From Octopus sinensis (Eukaryota), in contig NW_021834687.1 in assembly GCF_006345805.1 (NCBI RefSeq), forward strand, positions 1 through 45,384: DNA of 45,384 bases, in the 5' to 3' direction. Positions 40,522 through 45,384 of this stretch are shown piece by piece. The translations under genes and the position numbers were made by a program. The notes beneath the pieces are model-generated. The model was given only the letters and a program-made list of their open reading frames with translations. It was not told the origin of the DNA and did no database searches. Each line of letters opens with the position of its first letter. Within the stretch, counting starts at the first letter, position 1.

Positions 40522-40748
40522 GATATATTAAAATTACTAAATCGCTATAAAAGAGATTACGGCAGCGTTTACTGGAAATTAATTGTTATCGCCATATTAA
40601 TATGACATTCTTATAGATATAAGAATAATCGCTGCCGCTGGTCAGCTCCATGAGGCCACCGCCATCAAGATAGCTATTGATACACGATCTGTATCCATTA
40701 TAACCTTCGAACAAGGGAGGTCAGCCGCTTCACACTGCCAGTCCAACA

Positions 40749-40790
40749 GCTACAGACGCGTTTCGGGGTATTGCTCCTTGTCAATGTAGC
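40749..40790 (-). ncRNA. Type I hammerhead ribozyme motif, copy 1
   Basis: gctaca-TTGACAA-ggag(caata)cccc-GAAA-cgcg-TC-tgtagc; stem I extends through an internal loop (gtctgac/gttggac). Confidence 0.75.
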
Positions 40791-41112
40791 GCAGTCAGAC
40801 CCGCAGGTGTCGCCAATGACGTCTCTGTTCGAAGGTTTCTATTTACCTAGTTTCAGTGGAATACATCCACTTGTTTTCAATAATAGAAATATTAAAATTA
40901 CTAAGTCTCTATAAAAGAGACTACGGCAGCGTTTACAGGAAATTAATTGTTATCGCCATATTAATATGGCATTCTTATATATATAAGAATAATCGCTGCC
41001 GCTGGTCAGCTCCATGAGGCCACCGCCATCAAGATAGCTATTGATACACGATCTGTATCCATTATAACCTTCGAACAAGGGAGGTCAGCCGCTTCACACT
41101 GCCAGGCCGACA

Positions 41113-41154
41113 GCTACAGACGCGTTTCGGGGTATTGCCCCTTGTCAATGTAGC
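41113..41154 (-). ncRNA. Type I hammerhead ribozyme motif, copy 2
   Basis: gctaca-TTGACAA-gggg(caata)cccc-GAAA-cgcg-TC-tgtagc; perfect stems I and II, palindromic stem III ACGCGT, GUC site. Confidence 0.8.
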
Positions 41155-41157
41155 GTC

Positions 41158-41197
<40 letters not shown>

Positions 41198-41203
41198 ATA
41201 TAA

Positions 41204-41279
<76 letters not shown>

Positions 41280-41371
41280 GATATAGATATATATAAGCAC
41301 ACACACTCATACGCATATATATATATACATATATATGCGTGTGAGTGTGTGTGCTTATATATATCTATATC

Positions 41372-41410
<39 letters not shown>

Positions 41411-41565
41411 CTCTATCTATTTATCTATCTATCTATCTATCAATCTATCTATCTACACACACACACACACACATGTATATATATATATTTATATAGACAT
41501 ATTACAGGGAAACTAGTATAGATCTAATTAAATTAATGTCTAATTTCTAAACCCTCATTTTAAAT

Positions 41566-41718
<153 letters not shown>

Positions 41719-42221
41719 GTACACATACACACACGCACGCACACACGCACACACAGACCTATATATATATAGCCCCTCATAACGTTTTGTTTTCATTTTG
41801 GAGAATTTTTAGAGAATTTTGGCGAATTTATATTCTATACCCGGAAATTCATCCGATTAACCAAAAACGAAAGAAAATATATTTTGGTGCGGGATTTAAG
41901 GCCTGATTAGCTGTTATTTTTATCAACTTTAACCACCACCTCATATGTCATATGTTTTGAAGCGTTCAAGAATAATACGTTGAATACGTTGAGAAATACG
42001 ACAAAAAATTGAGTCAATGAATGAGGAAAGAATTGTAGACAGGGGTGTGGTTTCAAATAATTAAAGGAATGAAAAGGTCTTTCATAAGTTTAGAAGAAAT
42101 TGTCAAAATAGAGAAAGTGAAAGTGAAAGCAAGAGAAACATCCGTTTGGAGATTTAAGGTGAAATGAACAGACTAAGTCGCTTGAGACCTTTCTGAGAGA
42201 AATCAGAAAAGTCTTTCTTTT

Positions 42222-42640
42222 ACTCTTTTACTCTTTTACTTGTTTCACTCATTTGACTGCGGCCATGCTGGAGCACCGCCTTTACTCGAACAAATCGACC
42301 CCAGGACTTATGCTTTGTAAGCCTAGTACTTATTCCATCGACTCTCTTTTGCCGAACCGCTAAGTTACGGGGACGTAAACACACAAGCATCGGTCGTCAA
42401 GCTATGTTGGGAGGACAGAGACAGACACACAAACACACACACACACACACACACATGTATATATATACATATATACGACGGGCTTCTTTCAGTTTCCGTC
42501 AAACAAATCCACTCACATGGCTTTAGTCGGCCCGAGGCTAGAGCAGAAGACACTTACACAAGGTGTCACGCAGTGGGATTGAACCCGGAACAATGAGATT
42601 GGTAAGCAAGTTACTTACCACACAGCCACTCCTGCGCCTA
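42222..42640 (-). mobile_element. SINE family 1
   Basis: Reverse complement of 2253-2740. Confidence 0.85.
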
Positions 42641-43047
42641 TAATTGCTTAATAATTATTTTTATTAAATGAAATACCTAAAGTTATATTTGTTATTCAAC
42701 AGCACCGTAATCATTACCCTAGGAATCATTACCCTATTTATATTTCAATTCATTCATTTGAAATCTATACAAATTAAATCCTAAATCCCAGCGGGATTCG
42801 AAGTCAAAATGTAAAGTTTCATGACTGAATACTAAAGATAGTTTATCAGTCGATTCATGATTTCTACAAATCCATCCATGTCCTTTCCGTTCTCTGTGGA
42901 AATGAGAAATGATAACTGTAAACCGAATGTAACGAAAGCACAAGTCAGCTACAGTATTCTAGATTATAGAATTATAAAAACAATTTTAGTAATGACCTCT
43001 CTTTATTGATTCATATTATATGCCTCTTATACGAATAAAATACTTAC

Positions 43048-43151
43048 TCTATCAGGTCTAGTCAGAAAACCAGACCTGATAAAGAAAAACTGGAGTAAGT
43101 TTTGAATTTAGCCGGCAAAATCACTTGGAATTCATTGAAATATTCCAGGCA
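43048..43151 (-). other. Putative non-coding 5' UTR cassette exon of gene B
   Basis: ttttttcttgtctag| ... GA|gtaagt, 104 nt; the copy at 11935-12038 has its acceptor changed to tgg. Confidence 0.4.
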
Positions 43152-43534
43152 CTAGACAAGAAAAAATTTGCCCAGTGTTATTTGTTTTAATATTCAACAG
43201 CTCGCTAATCACTATCCTAAGATTTATTACCCTATTTTCATATTTATTTCTTTATTTTAAATCTGTCTATCTACATTAAATCCTAAATGACAGCAAAATT
43301 CGAAATCAGAACGTTAAGTTTCAAGACAGAGTAGAAAGGATAGTTGATCAGTCGATCCATGATTTCTACAAATCCATCTCCGTCCTTTCCATTCTCATCG
43401 GAAGTGGAAAATGAAAATGGTAAACCGAATGTAATAAAAGCACAAGTCAGCTACAGTATTTTATATCATAGGATTATAAAAACAATTTCAGTAATTATCT
43501 CTCTTTTCATTCTTAATATTATTAATTCACTTAC

Positions 43535-44110
43535 CTTTAAGGTTCATCACTGTTACAGGGTTGTTAAGTAAACTTCACTTTTAGTTGCAAAATCGACCAA
43601 CAAGACGTGTCTCACTGCAAACAATAAGCTTCTGCCTTTTAATGTTCCCTTTTCCTAGTCTCGATAAACAAGCTTTCTTCTATTTGTTCCTATTCTCTTC
43701 GTTCTGATAATTTAAGAATAAATTCAGGATATTTCACAGTTGATTTCTTTTTGCATTGGCTTCGAAAAGACAATGTCTTTAAATCAATCTCTCCCGAGTT
43801 CTTCCACTCTTATAAAATCGATGGCCAACTTGAACTTTCTTTCCCTCTTACTCCAGAAGTCGTCGCCAGGTAATTTCACTTTTCGCTAAATAAGTTCTTA
43901 AATTCCAGGTCTTATATTTGTTTCTCTTTCTCTCCAGAATGCTTTGCTCTTCAGAAGGTAAGTGAATTATCAGTTTTACCCTTAGCTTCGTTAAGTTTTC
44001 AATAACAACTGTTTCCATCCATCGATCTTAGTAAATAAACAGCTTGAAACAAGTCGACTGCGTTTGTATGCATGGTGACCAAAACGATTTTTTTTTAACT
44101 TAGCAATATA
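43535..44110 (-). other. Putative 5' leader exon/promoter module, copy 4 (gene B)
   Basis: ATG AAC CTT AAA G|gtaagt (43547-43535), in frame with |GA ATG at 35829. Confidence 0.55.
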
Positions 44111-44204
44111 TCGATAGCTTTGAAGTTTTAATTATTACACTAGATAAATTACACTAAATGCCCTCGAAAAACCTGTGGTCAACGAGTACAGGGAAAGAAT
44201 CGAA

Positions 44205-44497
44205 ATCCAAGTCAGTGAATGTAGCGAAGATGAAGATCTTATCTGGTCACCAACCCCCAGATCTCAATATTATTGAACATTTATGGTGCATTATAGAAAA
44301 AACAATTTAGGAGTCGATATCCTCCACCATCATCTCTAGAAGAATTGTAGAATGTTTTAGCTGAAGCCATTCTTTTTGAAATTCCTTTCGAAGCGATTCA
44401 AACTTTGTACGCGTCTATACCTCGTAGAATTCAAGCTGTAATTATTGCCAAAGGTGGTCCTACATCATGTTTCCATTATTTGTGTTCAACACCCCAA
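44205..44497 (+). mobile_element. Tc1-family transposon 3' remnant (duplicate of 12945-13280)
   Basis: PDLNIIEHLW...YASIPRRIQAVIIAKGGPT. Confidence 0.85.
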
Positions 44498-45384
44498 CAT
44501 ATATACATACACACATACATACATGAATACATACACACTCATACATACATACATACATACATATATACATTACATACACACATACATACACACATTCATA
44601 CATACATGAATACATACACACACATACATATATACATACATATATACACACACATACATACACACATTCATACATATATGAATACATACACACACATACA
44701 TATATACACACACATACATACACACGTTCATACATATATGGATACATACACACACATACATATATACATACATACATATATACACACACATACATACACA
44801 CATTCATACATATATGAATACATACACACACATACATATATGCATACATACATATATACACACACATACATACACACATTCATACATATATGAATACATA
44901 CACACACATACATATATACACATACATTCATGAATACATGCACTCACATACATACATACACACATACATACATACACACATAGATACATGAATATATACA
45001 CACACATACATATATAGACACATATATACATATATACACACACATACATACACACATTCATACATACATGAATACATACACACACATACATATACACACA
45101 CATACATTCATGAATACATACACTCACTTACATACATACACACATACATACATGAATATATACACACACATCCATATATACACACATATATATATACACA
45201 CACATAAATACACACATTCAAACATATATGAATACATACACACACATATATTTATACACACATACATACATGAATATATACACACACATACATATATACA
45301 CACATTCATACATACATGGAAGCATGCTGTGTTACAGTTCGTCGCTTCATTCCCCATTTTTAAGGGATTCCTTGGCGGACGACC

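Larger units (their letters stand above)
40525..41154 (-). mobile_element. 364-bp tandem repeat (1.7 units) with two hammerhead ribozymes: retrozyme / Penelope-LTR-like element
   Basis: 40525-40790 repeated at 40889-41154; each unit contains a hammerhead; (TA)n on both flanks. Confidence 0.75.

Overview
AT-rich, microsatellite-dense eukaryotic DNA. The tRNA-derived SINEs, Dong/R4, RTE, CR1 and Penelope remnants and (TA)n/(AAT)n arrays suggest a coleoid cephalopod, most likely an octopus (inference). Most entries in the ORF track are microsatellite artefacts. The real genic content is two tandem, minus-strand, multi-exon paralogs about 29-30 kb apart, reconstructed by hand from splice sites and phases. 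Each encodes a secreted protein with a signal peptide, a PAN/apple-like Cys-rich domain and an uncharacterised C-terminal domain with an FNGxGxNSTSW motif. Gene B (28714-35827) is complete at 237 aa; gene A (132-6030) lacks only its last exon, which falls just off the window. A non-coding module ending in a strong splice donor (ATGAACCTTAAAG|gtaagt, in frame with the PAN exon) occurs four times, three upstream of gene A and one upstream of gene B. The most striking non-coding feature is a 364-bp tandem repeat at 40525-41154 carrying two minimal type I hammerhead ribozyme motifs (U3-A8 core variant). It looks like a retrozyme or Penelope LTR and is sense to the putative first intron of gene B. 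Further hammerhead motifs occur in a ~460-bp foldback palindrome and in Penelope remnants.
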